A DNA stretch of 63,547 bases, filler included, from Stramenopiles sp. TOSAG23-3 (GCA_900128585.1; 40 parts of 40 records of this genome joined end to end with filler, not necessarily neighbours in it), one strand, 5' to 3'; counted from the first letter of the whole stretch, positions 22,738 through 35,600 are shown. Notes: generated from the sequence alone by a model not told the origin. Numbers and translations are program-made.

Positions 22738-23637
22738 ATGAACTTACTAGACTCTCAACTAAATGCTGGTGGCGATAAGGTTGGGTACGTTAGTGACCTG
22801 GCTGCTGCATGCAACGCGCCGTTTGTGCTGAACGTAGAAGATATTATACGCGAAACTAGTGAACGTGGGGAAACGGAAAACTCTTCGGAATTGCATGTCT
22901 CTCGTACCCCAATAGATATTGTATGCTCTGAACTAAGGACTGTTTTTGTAGTCGATGTCGATGCAGAGATGCGGTCAAACTACGACAGCTGTAGCAGACT
23001 CGATATGGTTAAACGGTGTATAAAAGCACACGTGCAAGCCGTACTTTCGTCGCCCAGTGTAAACGTCGACTTATTTGCCATTTGCATTCTTCACAGTGAC
23101 GGCCAAGCCGCGTGGTATTTGAACTACACGTGCGACTTGAGGCGAATTTTTGATGCGGTGGAGAGGATCGAATTAGACAACGTTGGCGCTTGCCCGTGTG
23201 ATTTAAGTGCAGTTATCGAGAAATTACAGTCGAACGCGCCTGGGGGTTTTGAAAAAGAAGATTTTCTCTACCACATTGTTCTTGTACACTCTCGTAGTGG
23301 ATTGTGCCCAGTCTTTTCGAAAACCAAACAGAGCCACATGGAGTTTCTGTCGCATCGACAAGTGGTGTTTGATATCGTTTTTTTGCACAATAGAGTCACG
23401 TCAGAAGAGAAATTCGGGCTTCTTCGAGAAATCCATGCAAAGTTGTGCGAAGTGATCGACGTCGGATCCAATGTCGATGGACAAACGGGTGAAGGGAAAT
23501 GGCCGTCCTACGTTTTTTCGGGGTTTGAAAATGAAGAACAAATGTGCGTGAACTTCCTTATGCTGGCAGCGCACCCTGCCTTGCGAGAAAACCAAACTGC
23601 TGATCCTTTGCAATTTCATAAAAAAATATTCATTTAA
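22738..23637 (+). CDS. BABAM1: BRISC/BRCA1-A complex member 1 (MERIT40)-like vWA protein
   Basis: VDVDAEM, SRLDMVKRCI, CDLS, IVLVHSRS, FDIVFLH, LAAHP motifs. Confidence 0.8.
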   Translation: MNLLDSQLNAGGDKVGYVSDLAAACNAPFVLNVEDIIRETSERGETENSSELHVSRTPIDIVCSELRTVFVVDVDAEMRSNYDSCSRLDMVKRCIKAHVQAVLSSPSVNVDLFAICILHSDGQAAWYLNYTCDLRRIFDAVERIELDNVGACPCDLSAVIEKLQSNAPGGFEKEDFLYHIVLVHSRSGLCPVFSKTKQSHMEFLSHRQVVFDIVFLHNRVTSEEKFGLLREIHAKLCEVIDVGSNVDGQTGEGKWPSYVFSGFENEEQMCVNFLMLAAHPALRENQTADPLQFHKKIFI

Positions 23638-23999
23638 ATCGTAAATAAAAGGTTATATCAAGTTTTTGAACAGAGTTCTAAAATATTAAATGGAGCAATT
23701 ACTCTTAATGTTTCCTTCATTTTTGTTGTTGTTGTGTGTTGTTGTTGTTGTGTTTTTTCAAAAAAAAATCATCAAAAAAAACGAATTTTTGTTGTTGTTT
23801 ATTATTATTTTTTGACATTCTTCTTTTATTATTCTCCCTCCTCCCACCAGCCCACCACCAGACTATTATCATTATCAAATAATAAAGGTACCAATATAAN
23901 NNNNNNNNNNNNNNNNNNNNNNNNNNNNNNNNNNNNNNNNNNNTTAATTAATTAANNNNNNNNNNNNNNNNNNNNNNNNNNNNNNNNNNNNNNNNNNNN

Positions 24000-24393
24000 T
24001 TACTACTATTGAACCAGTCCTTGGTTGAATTGATGCAGTTCTACCCAATCCATCACCTTTTTCTAAAGGTATTAAATCACGAGCATGTAAATTTGTTTCA
24101 TGTAATAAATCAATTACCTTGATGTCTTCCCTAACATATTCACCATTCTCATCAAATTTTATGCAATTAATTTTACGTGTATTTGCGCTTTGTATGTGCA
24201 CAAAACGTTTATTATTATCTATATTATTGTTATTACTGTTATTGCAAAAGAAACCGTTATTATTATTTAATAAGATAGATTTATTATTATTATGATTCCT
24301 CCATTTTTTCCCATGTCTTCCAATTAAATAAAAATTTCTAACGATCGAAATTTTCTGTTTTGTTACAATATTTTTCACAATTGATGTAAACAT
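24000..24393 (-). CDS. MRS2: Mitochondrial Mg2+ transporter MRS2 family, N-terminal part
   Basis: Presequence-like N-terminus; FDENG...LHARDL...SIQPR.GSIVV. Confidence 0.75.
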
Positions 24394-24980
24394 GATGATG
24401 ATAATGATGATGATAATCGGTTGCAATAAATGGATTGTTATTATTCTTAGATTTCGTTTTGGTTTGTAGTTGTGTTCTAATTTATTGTTATTTCATCATT
24501 CATCTATTAATTATTTATTTGCACATTATTTGATATTTGTTGGATAAGATAGATGGCCATGATAGTTGTGGATCAGTTCAATAATAATCGTAATCATATT
24601 TATATACTAATTACAATAAGACAATTATATAGGAGTGGCTTCCACTACCGGTATAGCACGTGTTTAGCTTTTAGCTTTAAGGTGCTTACTGGCTTAAATA
24701 GCTGGTGGATAGCCAGATAGCGGAAAAGTCTAGGACCTAGATTAGGATAGCGGTTATTAAAACTTTAACTTTTCAAGCCATTTTATTACCAGAGTACAGT
24801 ACCTAGGTATAACACAGAGAACAGAGAGTGTATTTCATGTTTAGGTGCACATATATAAAATACATGCATACATTTTGTGAATATCCTTTCACATGATAAT
24901 TCTTACTCTTCAAAACAATACAATAACGGAGGTAATAATATCATATCTATCTCACACTAGGGCCTCTTCTACCAAGCATC

Positions 24981-25493
24981 ATGGGAAATTTATGTTCAAG
25001 TTTCACTGCAAGCCAAGAAAAGACTATAAGAGAACATCGAAGACTATTTAATGTATTACATTTTACTGAATCGGATGAAAGAAACTTAGCACATATTTTT
25101 TTTGGTGCTGATGTAAATTATAATAGGAAAGTGAGTTATCAAGAATTTTTAGATAAATTCTCATTTGAAAACAATTTATTTTGTAAAAATGCATTTTTAT
25201 TGTTAGATCGTGATCATTCTGGAGACTTAACATTTACACAATTTACTTTATGTATTTGGAACTTTTGTACAATGTCAGAAGCCGATTTAATTATTGCTGC
25301 ATATGATTGTTACAATAACGATGGTCATGATGGCATACATATTGATACAATGATGAAATTGGTTGACGAGGCTACAGGAATTTTATCAGGTGTTACTGGC
25401 TCGGGTCATTTAGAAATGGGGATATCAAAAGCATTTAAACGCCATCATTATGACCCGCAACAATTGCAACGAAAAGAACACCATGCATTAGAA
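24981..25493 (+). CDS. Myristoylated EF-hand (calcineurin B/NCS-like) protein, partial
   Basis: MGNLCS; DVNYNRKVSYQEF, DRDHSGDLTFTQF. Confidence 0.85.
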
Positions 25494-25595
25494 NNNNNNN
25501 NNNNNNNNNNNNNNNNNNNNNNNNNNNNNNNNNNNNNTTAATTAATTAANNNNNNNNNNNNNNNNNNNNNNNNNNNNNNNNNNNNNNNNNNNNAT

Positions 25596-27085
25596 TTCAG
25601 AGAGAGGAATGGATTTAACAATACACTATCGCTAGTGATAGGAAAGCCATTTTGTTCAAGGGCCAAGCCCCCGCCTTGGCCAAGGGAAATCGTATCGGAC
25701 GATCCTTTCTTCACTGGCAGAGAACAGTTCATACAATCGTTGTACGATCGCATGTGGGGCGACACGGAAAGTGGGAAGTGGGAAGTGCTGCGTGGCCTTG
25801 GGGCCATTGGTAAGACTGCGATTGCGAAGCAGTACGCACGCATATACCGGGAAAAATACCCAGGGGGTATATTCTGGGTATCAGCAGACACTGCAGATTC
25901 TGTTCATGCCAGTTTTCGGGGCATTGCAAGCGATGATTTGAAGATGGGGGGGCTTGGTAAAGATGCGCGTATCGATGAAGTCATTGGGCGTGTTCTCAAA
26001 TGGTTTCAAGAACATCGAAATTGGTTGGTCATTTACGACAATGCAGACGACCTTGGCTTGCTGACGTCTCATGTTCCGGACAAGCACACCCTTGGGCACG
26101 TTTTGTTGACAACGCGAGCAAAGCAAGCTTCAGATGAATTTGCAACGCTTGGGTTTGATTTGGAGAAGGATATTGTAAGCGTCAAAACGCTGCCACAAAA
26201 TGAAGCAGAAAGCCTTCTGTTGCGTGTCGTAGGGCACGTAGAGAAACCAGAGGGAGAAAACGCCAATGCCCTAATGTGGCTTGCAGGACCGGAAGGGTTG
26301 GCCGGGCTCCCATTGGCACTTCGTCAGGCGGGGTCTTGTGTGCGGAAGAGGCAACTGTCATGGGCGGAGTACAAGACGGCATATCTACAGAAACGCACGG
26401 AACTGTTTGATGACACGGAGAAGCGTGAATCAAAGGATAAAGAAAGGCTTTTCAAATGGTTACAATCGCAACGGCTCCAGAAACATTTTGCAGATTTTCA
26501 AAAGAAGTTGGAATGTGAATCTCTGAGAGACATATTGGAAGTAAAAGCGGACGATGTCAAAGTGTTCATGAAGCTACCAGAGCAACGCCGATTTATGCGG
26601 GCAAAAAATGAGCTTCGATCGTTTGATTTTGAAGAAGAATCAATAACAGTCAAAACAACGTGGTGCATGAATGTGGAAATATTGTCTCCCGGTGCAAAGC
26701 TACTGCTTCAGCTTGCGTCGTGCTTTGCACCCGACTACAAACCGGTAGAGATTGTTGAAATGGCGTCAAAAATATTAGGTAAAGGAGGAATTTTTGATAT
26801 TGTGAATGAATTGAAGGGAAAAGATATGGGTGCACTTCTGAGTGAACTTTCGACGTATTCCCTGATCGAATGGGATGAGAGCAGGAAGAAGGTGTTTGCA
26901 ATGCATCGGTTGGTACAGCAGGTCCAGTTGGATGCAATGCCAGAGAAGAAAAAAGAAGGGTTAGCATGCCTTAGTGTTCGTATTGTTAATGAAGGGGGTG
27001 CAAATATTGATGAGACACAACAATGGGGGGAGCAGATAATGATTCGGCAACAGTGGGCAAGCCATGGAAGTTTTATTTTAGATGC
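25596..27085 (+). CDS. NB-ARC STAND NTPase (NLR-like) with inserted SAM-like domain, open at both ends
   Basis: FTGRE, GLGAIGKT, IFWVSA, WLVIYDNAD, LLTTR, GLPLAL, MHRLVQ; insert at about 26436-26617. Confidence 0.92.
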
Positions 27086-27185
27086 NNNNNNNNNNNNNNN
27101 NNNNNNNNNNNNNNNNNNNNNNNNNNNNNTTAATTAATTAANNNNNNNNNNNNNNNNNNNNNNNNNNNNNNNNNNNNNNNNNNNN

Positions 27186-28392
27186 TTGCTTCGCGCCTTG
27201 TGATACTTTCAGGGAAAATGTTGAGGCTGTGATGCTTCTCTTGAAATGAGGGGACAATGCAATGATCAGCTTTTCCGAGACGATTTTGCAAGCCGCCAAA
27301 TTCTCCAAACCGCGCCACCACACCCGTGTTCAGATCGGATTTTCCAAGTCTCTCCCACACAGGCAAGGAGCGGTCCCCCCCCATCCCTTGCTTGGGATTT
27401 TTGTAGATTTTGTTTAGCTTGTTCGTCAAAATGCTGTAGTCTCTTCCCCCTTGCTGTTTTTCAGCCAGTTCTCGGGTCAGAGCGATTCTATTATGTTGAC
27501 GCCTTTCTTGCAACGTCTCCATCATGCGGTGGCGTCTTTTCCGGCTGTACTCAACTGGCTGGAATTTTGACACTCTTCTGAACCCAGCATTTGCAGTTTT
27601 GTCGAATTGTTTCAGGCGGTTTGCGTCCACCACGTGGTCGCAATTGAGAATATTGTATGCAGCACCTTCGCTTTTCTGCTCACTCTCGTTGGTGCCAACG
27701 CAACGTTTTCCCTGAGGCCTCTGTGTTGGTGTCCGAGAAACAATCGTGCCTGTGCCTTTCAGCAGCCTAGACTTATAATTTCTTCGATGCGAACCTTTCG
27801 TTTCTACAAATTTCGCTGTTTCCATTGCAGCGCGCACAAGTTCATCCTTTGCATCTTGGGAATATAATTCGTGCGTTATAATATTGCCTTTCCGCGACCG
27901 GCCTCTCTTCGTAAGCCCTGTGGGTTTATTCTTTAATCTCTCCCAGTTGGGGTGTCGTCTCAGCGGGGAACCATTCACAATATCAAAAGGTATAGAACTG
28001 CGCTGCGCCGATTTCCCCGGTCCACCAGGCATTGGCTCATCAGGATGTTTGCTACTGTGATGATGGATTAAATTCCAGGGCTTGCTTGCCTCATTTGCAC
28101 GCAAAAAAGGTTCAGGTGTGTCGTTTTCTCCGAGACTGTTGTACGCCGACCTCCGGTAATGAGATCGTAGTGGACTTGTATGGAACGAAGGCTTTGTCGT
28201 AGATTTCTTGTAATGGTCAAATGTGGGCCTGACAAAAGTTGATAGAAATTCATCAGAAGTTACGCGGCCTGTTTTTTTGGCAGGAAAGTGCGAATTGCGG
28301 GCTTCTTCCTTCGTCCACTTTAATGGCCCACTTTTTTCGGTTTCAAGTTGCTTTGTAAACTCTCCCCAAGATCGAGGAGAGTTCCCAGACAT
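27186..28392 (-). CDS. Hypothetical basic protein with (Y/F)(N/D)I(L/I/V) repeats, partial
   Basis: ORF of about 400 aa. Confidence 0.7.
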
Positions 28393-28776
28393 TTTTTCTT
28401 TCTGGGTTAATTATGCCTTTTAAAACTAAACGCTGCCTTTTTAGTGTAATAGGAACAAATTATGCATCTATTGAACAATTGAAGAGTAAAATCATTTCAA
28501 TTCGAATCAAACCCTTTTGTAGATATACCGACAAGCCAAGTTTGTAAATAGTTACTGTACCATGGTATCTGTTGAATAATAGTAAGAAGAAGGGTGGTGG
28601 TGGTGTATATTAATAACTAATGAGATGTGGTGGATTATTTGATTTTTTGATAATAAAAAATATAAATTATTATCATNNNNNNNNNNNNNNNNNNNNNNNN
28701 NNNNNNNNNNNNNNNNNNNNTTAATTAATTAANNNNNNNNNNNNNNNNNNNNNNNNNNNNNNNNNNNNNNNNNNNN

Positions 28777-29651
28777 CCCCATGCTAGCAATGAACAAATT
28801 TCGGAATGCAATCAACGCCTGCTCTAGAGGATTTGTCTGCTTCGCTTTCACAAGCTCTTCAATTGCTACGTTGTGCCGCCCATGCCCTTCTGTGTAAAAA
28901 AAATCGAACTGCGGAAAATGCTGCAATGCATCGATAACAGTTTGATCCTCTGTCGAAATGAACACACGGTGCAGGCTTGTCCGTTCTGCAATGGTTTCTA
29001 GAGGCTTGATGTATTTGTTGAGATGAAATGTAAGGCTTTCGGTCCCTTTGTCTCCGTGGCGAATGTGCGCTGCAATATAATTTCCTTCTCGGATAGACTT
29101 CAAATTGGTGAATGCAATGGCGCAAAACAGCATCGTATTAGGTTGTAGTACAAACCATTGTAGCTGAGACCGCATGAACAAAATTCCGTGCTTTCTGTAA
29201 CGCTTGGGTATAAAATACCTCACCTGCATGGTATTATTGTTGAACGGAGGGGTTTGTCCCAGAAGCGTATAGCGCTGAAAGGATAAGTAAAGGCATTTTT
29301 CAGGATGGGAGGTTGGATCGTGTGACATATTTTTCAAATATGGCTTGCATTCTGGCTCAGTATTTTGCGCAGGTTCCGCGCAACCGAGAACTGGTCGGAC
29401 AAATCCGTCTGAGGGGCAACGAAAAAGCATACGAACAAATCCTCCCTTCCAATGATGCCGGCACATTTGCGATAGCACGGGTCTTTCGCCCCAATACAAA
29501 AACTTGGCACATCCATCAGTGATTTTGGGACAAACATCGGCGGAAAGAACTCCAGGGTCAAATCTCCTCCCTGCGCATCCCCTCCATGAAAGGAGGCCAA
29601 AGACAGAGTAAGGATTTTAAGAAGGAAAGAACAAAAACGCCACACCACCAT
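28777..29651 (-). CDS. Alpha-1,6-fucosyltransferase-like (GT23) protein with internal frame change near 29350
   Basis: HIRHGDK and VFISTED motifs; signal-peptide part (from 29651) lies in another frame. Confidence 0.7.
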
Positions 29652-30508
29652 CGCCGTTCGCGTGTTTTGTTTGTTTCCACACGACAAAAATTATTCAAGA
29701 AAAAAACAAGCACCACCTTTCGTTTTGTCTTCTTCTCCTTCCACTGCAACACACGTTTAAATTGTACTATTTACATTAAACCAAGATGGAAAAATGAGCG
29801 GAACCCCCTCAATCCGCATACGCATATATTTTGATACGTAGGCCATCATATACAATCTCGACGACATCTCCTCTTCTCTTCCTAATCATTACAAAAAATA
29901 AAATATCACAACAACAAAAATGTGTTTTAACTATTATAATATTTTATTATGTATTGATGATGATGGAGGAGGATGTACCAGTATTAATACGACGAGATGG
30001 GGGGGGATGAGTACCTGTATTTTTTTTTTCTACCGTACGGTAGGACTATAATATTTTATACCTGTACATCATCATTAGATTTTTTCAATATATTTTTAAT
30101 AAAATTATGATGAAGCGGTGTGTCATCCAAAATGTATTATTATTACATACCAGGTATTTGCTTGATATGATGATGTGGTGGTGGTGTTTTTCTCTATTTA
30201 CAGTGGTGTGGTGGTGTGTCAATCAACGTAATCATCACAACTCACAACCAACGAAATATAATAAATTNNNNNNNNNNNNNNNNNNNNNNNNNNNNNNNNN
30301 NNNNNNNNNNNTTAATTAATTAANNNNNNNNNNNNNNNNNNNNNNNNNNNNNNNNNNNNNNNNNNNNATGAACGATACGATAGAAACGAACTTCTGGATG
30401 CGTTGGAGGATGCAGTCAACGAGTACTATAATACCAGAAAGAAACACTTTTCCAACGGAACCCAAGAAAAACAAGTGAGTTCAGACGAAAGTCGTTAAGG
30501 GGCAAACA

Positions 30509-31857
30509 ATGAGCCATAAGAAAACATTAAAGGAAACGCCTGAACAGCTAATCCAACGGATATTGCGACAGAATAAGGACATGGAAGAGAAGGTTGCCAA
30601 AGAGGCAGCTCAGGGTTCGCTGAAAAACGATTCGAACGACGTGCCGGTGGACAAGGCCCCGGCTAAGGGTGTGGAAGAGAAAGCTGCCAAAGAAGCAGCC
30701 AACGGTTCATATGGAGATGGAGTGCAAACGGGCGACGTGCCAGTGGACAAAGCCCTGGCGGCCAAAGAAGTGCCTGCAATCGAAGTACCAGCACGTGATC
30801 AAATTGAGGGCGAAGGAACGAACGACATTGAAAACGAAAAGGCGCCGGTTTATAAACCTGCGGCGCCCAAGCCAGAGGAAGAAGTGGAAAAGCCAGTAAA
30901 GCGCAAGGCAAGAATAGTCAAGCCTGTGCCTGGCGCCAGTACTGGCCCGGCGTCCCCGACGCGCCAGGCGGAGGGGCGCCGCAGAAGAAGCACTTTGTAT
31001 GGGCATACCAAGTCAAGTCGGAAAAAGATGGCTTACAAACTAGTCGACCAGTATGAAAAATCCATGCAAATTAAAGATTTTAATACGACCATCGCCCCGA
31101 CGATCAAGAGCAAGCGCATGAGCATACCGAGGCAAGCACAGATGCGTGCGTTGCAGGCAGCGGAGAGAGAGACTTGCACGCTGCAGGGCACGAAACGGCG
31201 GCTGGTGGGGCGGCTTGGGTCGATACAGCGTGAATTGGGAAGCCTATCAAACCAAACTAAACTAATATGCGATAAAAAGAAAATGCTAGAGAAGAAGTCG
31301 AACAGGATTCGCATTGCCTGGGACAGAGACAGCAATGACTACGAAACTCGTAGCAAACTGGCGGACAGAAACGTCAAAGGGGTGCAAGCGCGCCTGTCAC
31401 AGGCTGCTGCCAACCATGAAATGAAGTTAAAAGAAATAGAAAAGTTGGAGGCAGACAAAATATTGGCAATGAAGCAAAAGATCGAGGAACTTGATTTAGA
31501 GATTGCGTCACACAAGGTGCGAAACGATGAATTCATGACCGATGTGCAAGTAAAGCTGGCCCAGGTTGGAAAAACCCAGCTCGTAGAACGAAATTTGGCC
31601 ATTTCGTTGCGCGTTCAGAAGGCCCAGATACTGGGGGTGCTAAAAACTCGCGGGGCGGCGGAATTGCACAATTCCTACGTAGCAGCAATGACACATTTGA
31701 GAAAAGAAAGCGGTAGGGTACGACAAATCTTACGCCATACGAACGAGGAAAAAATGAGGCTCAATTCTTCCCTTCACGATGAACGATACGATAGAAACGA
31801 ACTTCTGGATGCGTTGGAGGATGCAGTCAACGAGTACTATAATACCAGAAAGAAACA
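30509..31857 (+). CDS. Coiled-coil protein, 466 aa when the contig is circularised (continues at 30447-30498)
   Basis: 79-bp direct terminal repeat 30368-30446 / 31779-31857; ORF wraps to TAA at 30496-30498. Confidence 0.85.
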
Positions 31858-32058
31858 NNNNNNNNNNNNNNNNNNNNNNNNNNNNNNNNNNNNNNNNNNN
31901 NTTAATTAATTAANNNNNNNNNNNNNNNNNNNNNNNNNNNNNNNNNNNNNNNNNNNNTGCCGTAAGTTCCGATGATAATTTTTGTTAACAATTACAATTT
32001 ATCTGTGTAAACATATTAGTTTTTTTATCGTTGTGTGCTTTTTGTTACTCCTTTGAGA

Positions 32059-33396
32059 ATGGAAGAGTCGATTAAGAAGCGTATTTGGGCGGCTCGCCAC
32101 GATAGACATCCGTCATGGCATAATAGTGCTTTGCTACATGCCGTCGATATGATCCATACGTCCTCTAGTCGCGACCAACCTCGTGCAGCACTTATTGTGT
32201 TGGAAAGCTTTGAGGCAATGGTAGGGGATATTGAATGCGCTCTCGAAAATGAAGATTTTAAAGAGAAGTGGGCACAAGGGGGTGTGTCTTTCTTTCTTTG
32301 GGACGGGCACAATGAAGAGAGGGATGTTGACAGCAAAGAAAGACGTCTAGCAAAAGTATTAAATAGTGGTGAAACGTGTGGTGAGAAAGGCGCTTGCTGG
32401 CATGTCATGGACAAAGAAGTGGCCAGATGGGTGGAAACATGTAAAGACCTGTGGAAAGATAGGGAAAAACGGTATAATTTTCTCGAGAGCATAGTGCAGT
32501 CGGAGTGGAAGCAACAGAGGCGCACGAATTGTATCCAGTTTGTCCTGTGCACTCCCTCCACCGCGATTCTCTTCTTTGTCACCAACTACCTTCTGAGTAC
32601 AGATAAAAAGAGTAAGACCAACCAATTTATCTGCTCGATTGCGGCTTTGCCAATCCACGTGAAAGTGGAGAAATGGATAAAACAAAAGATGGACAAACCA
32701 CGCGACAATGTTAAGAAAGGACCCGATAAGATGCTGCAGCTAAACACGTCTGACCTGCTGCTCTTTCTGAAAAAACAATCAGAAGACGTATTCTGCATCG
32801 ACATGGATGCTCTTATTTCTATTCCCACAAAGCGCAGGAAACTTTCAACGAGACGCAAAATGACAGAATCTGAAAAAGATGCAAGGAGAGAAAAGATGAA
32901 AGAACGTCAGAATGCTTTTTGGGAAAAATGCGAAGAGGGGTGGAAAATCGTCGAAAAGGGGCATGAGTCCAGGAAGTTCTTTGAAAGTAAAGTGCACGAA
33001 GGCCATGGCGGTGTGCGCACGTTTCGAGACATATTTCAGGACGTCCAAGATGAACTTGACAAAGACCCGAAGTATGAAGAAAAAAATAAAACAGAAGTAG
33101 AAACGGCGAGGCGGTACAAGGCTGATATTGAAACCAAAGAGAAGCAATACGAATACTTTCGCCATCATTTTCGTCACGCTGTGTGCGGCATGTACTCTGG
33201 TGTGGATTTAAGAAAGGACAAACCAAAGGCACTTGAAATAACCATGGAGAAGTGCAAAGATATGAAACGATTCTTACGCATGTACGGATTACAGGATCAT
33301 GTTCACACAAAACCGGAAAAGGACTTATTGGAAATTGTAAAAACTGTGCCTAGTGAAGCAGTAGTGACGTATTTTAAAAAAAGGGGAATCGTGTAA
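32059..33396 (+). CDS. Hypothetical protein
   Basis: Complete long ORF, no motif recognised. Confidence 0.75.
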   Translation: MEESIKKRIWAARHDRHPSWHNSALLHAVDMIHTSSSRDQPRAALIVLESFEAMVGDIECALENEDFKEKWAQGGVSFFLWDGHNEERDVDSKERRLAKVLNSGETCGEKGACWHVMDKEVARWVETCKDLWKDREKRYNFLESIVQSEWKQQRRTNCIQFVLCTPSTAILFFVTNYLLSTDKKSKTNQFICSIAALPIHVKVEKWIKQKMDKPRDNVKKGPDKMLQLNTSDLLLFLKKQSEDVFCIDMDALISIPTKRRKLSTRRKMTESEKDARREKMKERQNAFWEKCEEGWKIVEKGHESRKFFESKVHEGHGGVRTFRDIFQDVQDELDKDPKYEEKNKTEVETARRYKADIETKEKQYEYFRHHFRHAVCGMYSGVDLRKDKPKALEITMEKCKDMKRFLRMYGLQDHVHTKPEKDLLEIVKTVPSEAVVTYFKKRGIV

Positions 33397-33548
33397 ATGT
33401 AATAAATGAATGGCTTATTAGATTTTCTAATAAATCACACTCAAACANNNNNNNNNNNNNNNNNNNNNNNNNNNNNNNNNNNNNNNNNNNNTTAATTAAT
33501 TAANNNNNNNNNNNNNNNNNNNNNNNNNNNNNNNNNNNNNNNNNNNNA

Positions 33549-33977
33549 CGGGCGAACGACGAGCTCCGGGACTGGGCCATTGAGGTCGGGCCGACCGACG
33601 ACCCGTACCAGGATCCCTTCCAAAAGCGACGGATGGAGAAGAAGGAACGGATACTGAAGAACAAGCTCAAGCAGCTCGGGAACCAGGACAGGGCCAGCGG
33701 GAGGAAAGTGCCCCATGGTCTCAAGCCCAACCTTGCCGCCCAGGACCAACGGGGAAGCAAAGGGTCGCGACGGAATAGAATCGGGCTGGGGCAGAGTACC
33801 AACGAAGCGCTCGTCGATTCCCAACGGTCCAGTGCGTCCATGGGAAAGTTTGACAAAAAGTTGAAAGGGGAGAAACAGCCCAACCGAGGGGGGAAACGGA
33901 GGAAAAAGCTTGGGGTCACCAACACGAGGGATGAGAGCGCCATGGCCCGCAAGATTCTCGACAGGGTGCTCAGCTGA
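33549..33977 (+). CDS. RRS1: Ribosome biogenesis regulator RRS1, C-terminal part
   Basis: WAIEV...DPF...KKERILKN...SSASMGKFDKKL. Confidence 0.9.
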   Translation, partial: RANDELRDWAIEVGPTDDPYQDPFQKRRMEKKERILKNKLKQLGNQDRASGRKVPHGLKPNLAAQDQRGSKGSRRNRIGLGQSTNEALVDSQRSSASMGKFDKKLKGEKQPNRGGKRRKKLGVTNTRDESAMARKILDRVLS

Positions 33978-34377
33978 GGGAGCGAGAAAGGGGAACGAGA
34001 GTTTAGTTTTAGGATAATTTAAGTTTGGCATGGAAGCATTTTGAACTATCATATCTTATGTTAAGTATCTTAAATCTATGAATACTTGGCCGAGTTAATT
34101 TGATGGTCGTACATTCATTACGCCCCTCTAAGTGGTGCACGTGCCAGGGGTGTATTACAGTGTACACGTATCTTCTTTTTCTTTGTTTCTCTGTCGTCAA
34201 CTGAAATGTTATTTTCATCTCTCTTAAAAAAGTTTTATTTTTCTGCTTTGCGACACACTGTCGCAACCACGCTCGTCCCTCTGTCCTCCCCTTCGTTCGT
34301 CCTCCCCTTTTCTCCTTCTCTTCTTCTCCCGCTTTGCTCCGACCAACCGACTCTCTCTGTTTGGTGGACCATGCACG

Positions 34378-34761
34378 TCAAAACCCACGCCGACGCTTCA
34401 ACTCTTCCTTTCGCTTCTGTCGACGCTTCAGGCATTCTGGACAGACCCACTTTCCAGTCGGGGCTTCCCCAGGCTTGATCCCCATGCATTCGTAATGGAA
34501 CCATTCCAACACACACCCTTCGTCCGAACATTCAATCATCTCCCCGTACGCGACCTCCTTGCACAGGCAATAGACTGGCTCAAAACGAAGGGATGCGTCG
34601 TCATCGAACTCATCGATCAGGTTCAACTGTTCCTTTGGGGCACAGACCGCGCTTTGCCCCGCCTTCGCCTTCAACGACGCCTTTCCCTTTCGCTTCCGTT
34701 TCTTTCGCCCCGTTGTAAACCCGTGCAAACGGTCCGCTGCCGTCTTTCCCTTTCGCTTCAA

Positions 34762-34794
<33 letters not shown>

Positions 34795-35036
34795 CGGCTG
34801 TTGCTTCGGCTTTTGCTTTGCAAGGGCCTTCTCCTCGACGTACCGGTCTTGGCACCGGCCGATCTCCTCGTCCAACCGGGCAATGTAATCGTCGATCCGA
34901 TCGTACACTTCCGACGATTTTTGAATCACACGTTTGTATTCCTTCACCACCGACGTCTTCCCGCCCTCGAGGTCCGTGAACCGTTCGTGCGCCACCATCA
35001 AGTCCTCCACCGGCTGCCCGTCCGTCCTGTCCCGTC
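34378..35036 (-). CDS. ING: ING-family PHD finger protein, 5' partial
   Basis: EPVYCLCKEVAYGEMIECSDEGCVLEWFHYECMG...GKWVCPEC. Confidence 0.93.
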
Positions 35037-35600
35037 NNNNNNNNNNNNNNNNNNNNNNNNNNNNNNNNNNNNNNNNNNNNTTAATTAATTAANNNNNNNN
35101 NNNNNNNNNNNNNNNNNNNNNNNNNNNNNNNNNNNNGGTGCGAAGAAGCTGTTACGCCGTCGATAAAATGGTTTCAAAAAACATACAAAAAACTAGTGTA
35201 CGAAGTAAAAAAGAATGTCTGCAAAAAGTCTCTCTGTAAAATAAATTTAATTTAAAATATATGTGTGTACGACTTGTATTTTTATTAAATGCATTATTTG
35301 TGTATGATACCACATACGAACCACGTCTCATTACTCTTCCTCAGTAATTAAAAAAAAAAATACGGAACGTGTGACGAATTCCCCTGGGTATTTTTTTATT
35401 TTATGTACTCGGTACTAGACATATTAATTATTTGGTTTTCTCTATTATGGGAATATCAACACATTAGTGTGAGATAGATTATTTCAGTTATTGTAATTCT
35501 TTTGAAGTTTAGGAATTATCAATGTGAGTAAATTAAAACAATAAATTATGCGTAAATTAATTATATACGAATATATATGTGTGTGTGTGTAAATTGTTTT

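Noticed and set aside
11219-27085. Defence or viral island (transposase, caspase, nuclease, fibre, NLR close together)
   Set aside because: Separate contigs ordered by length; proximity is meaningless
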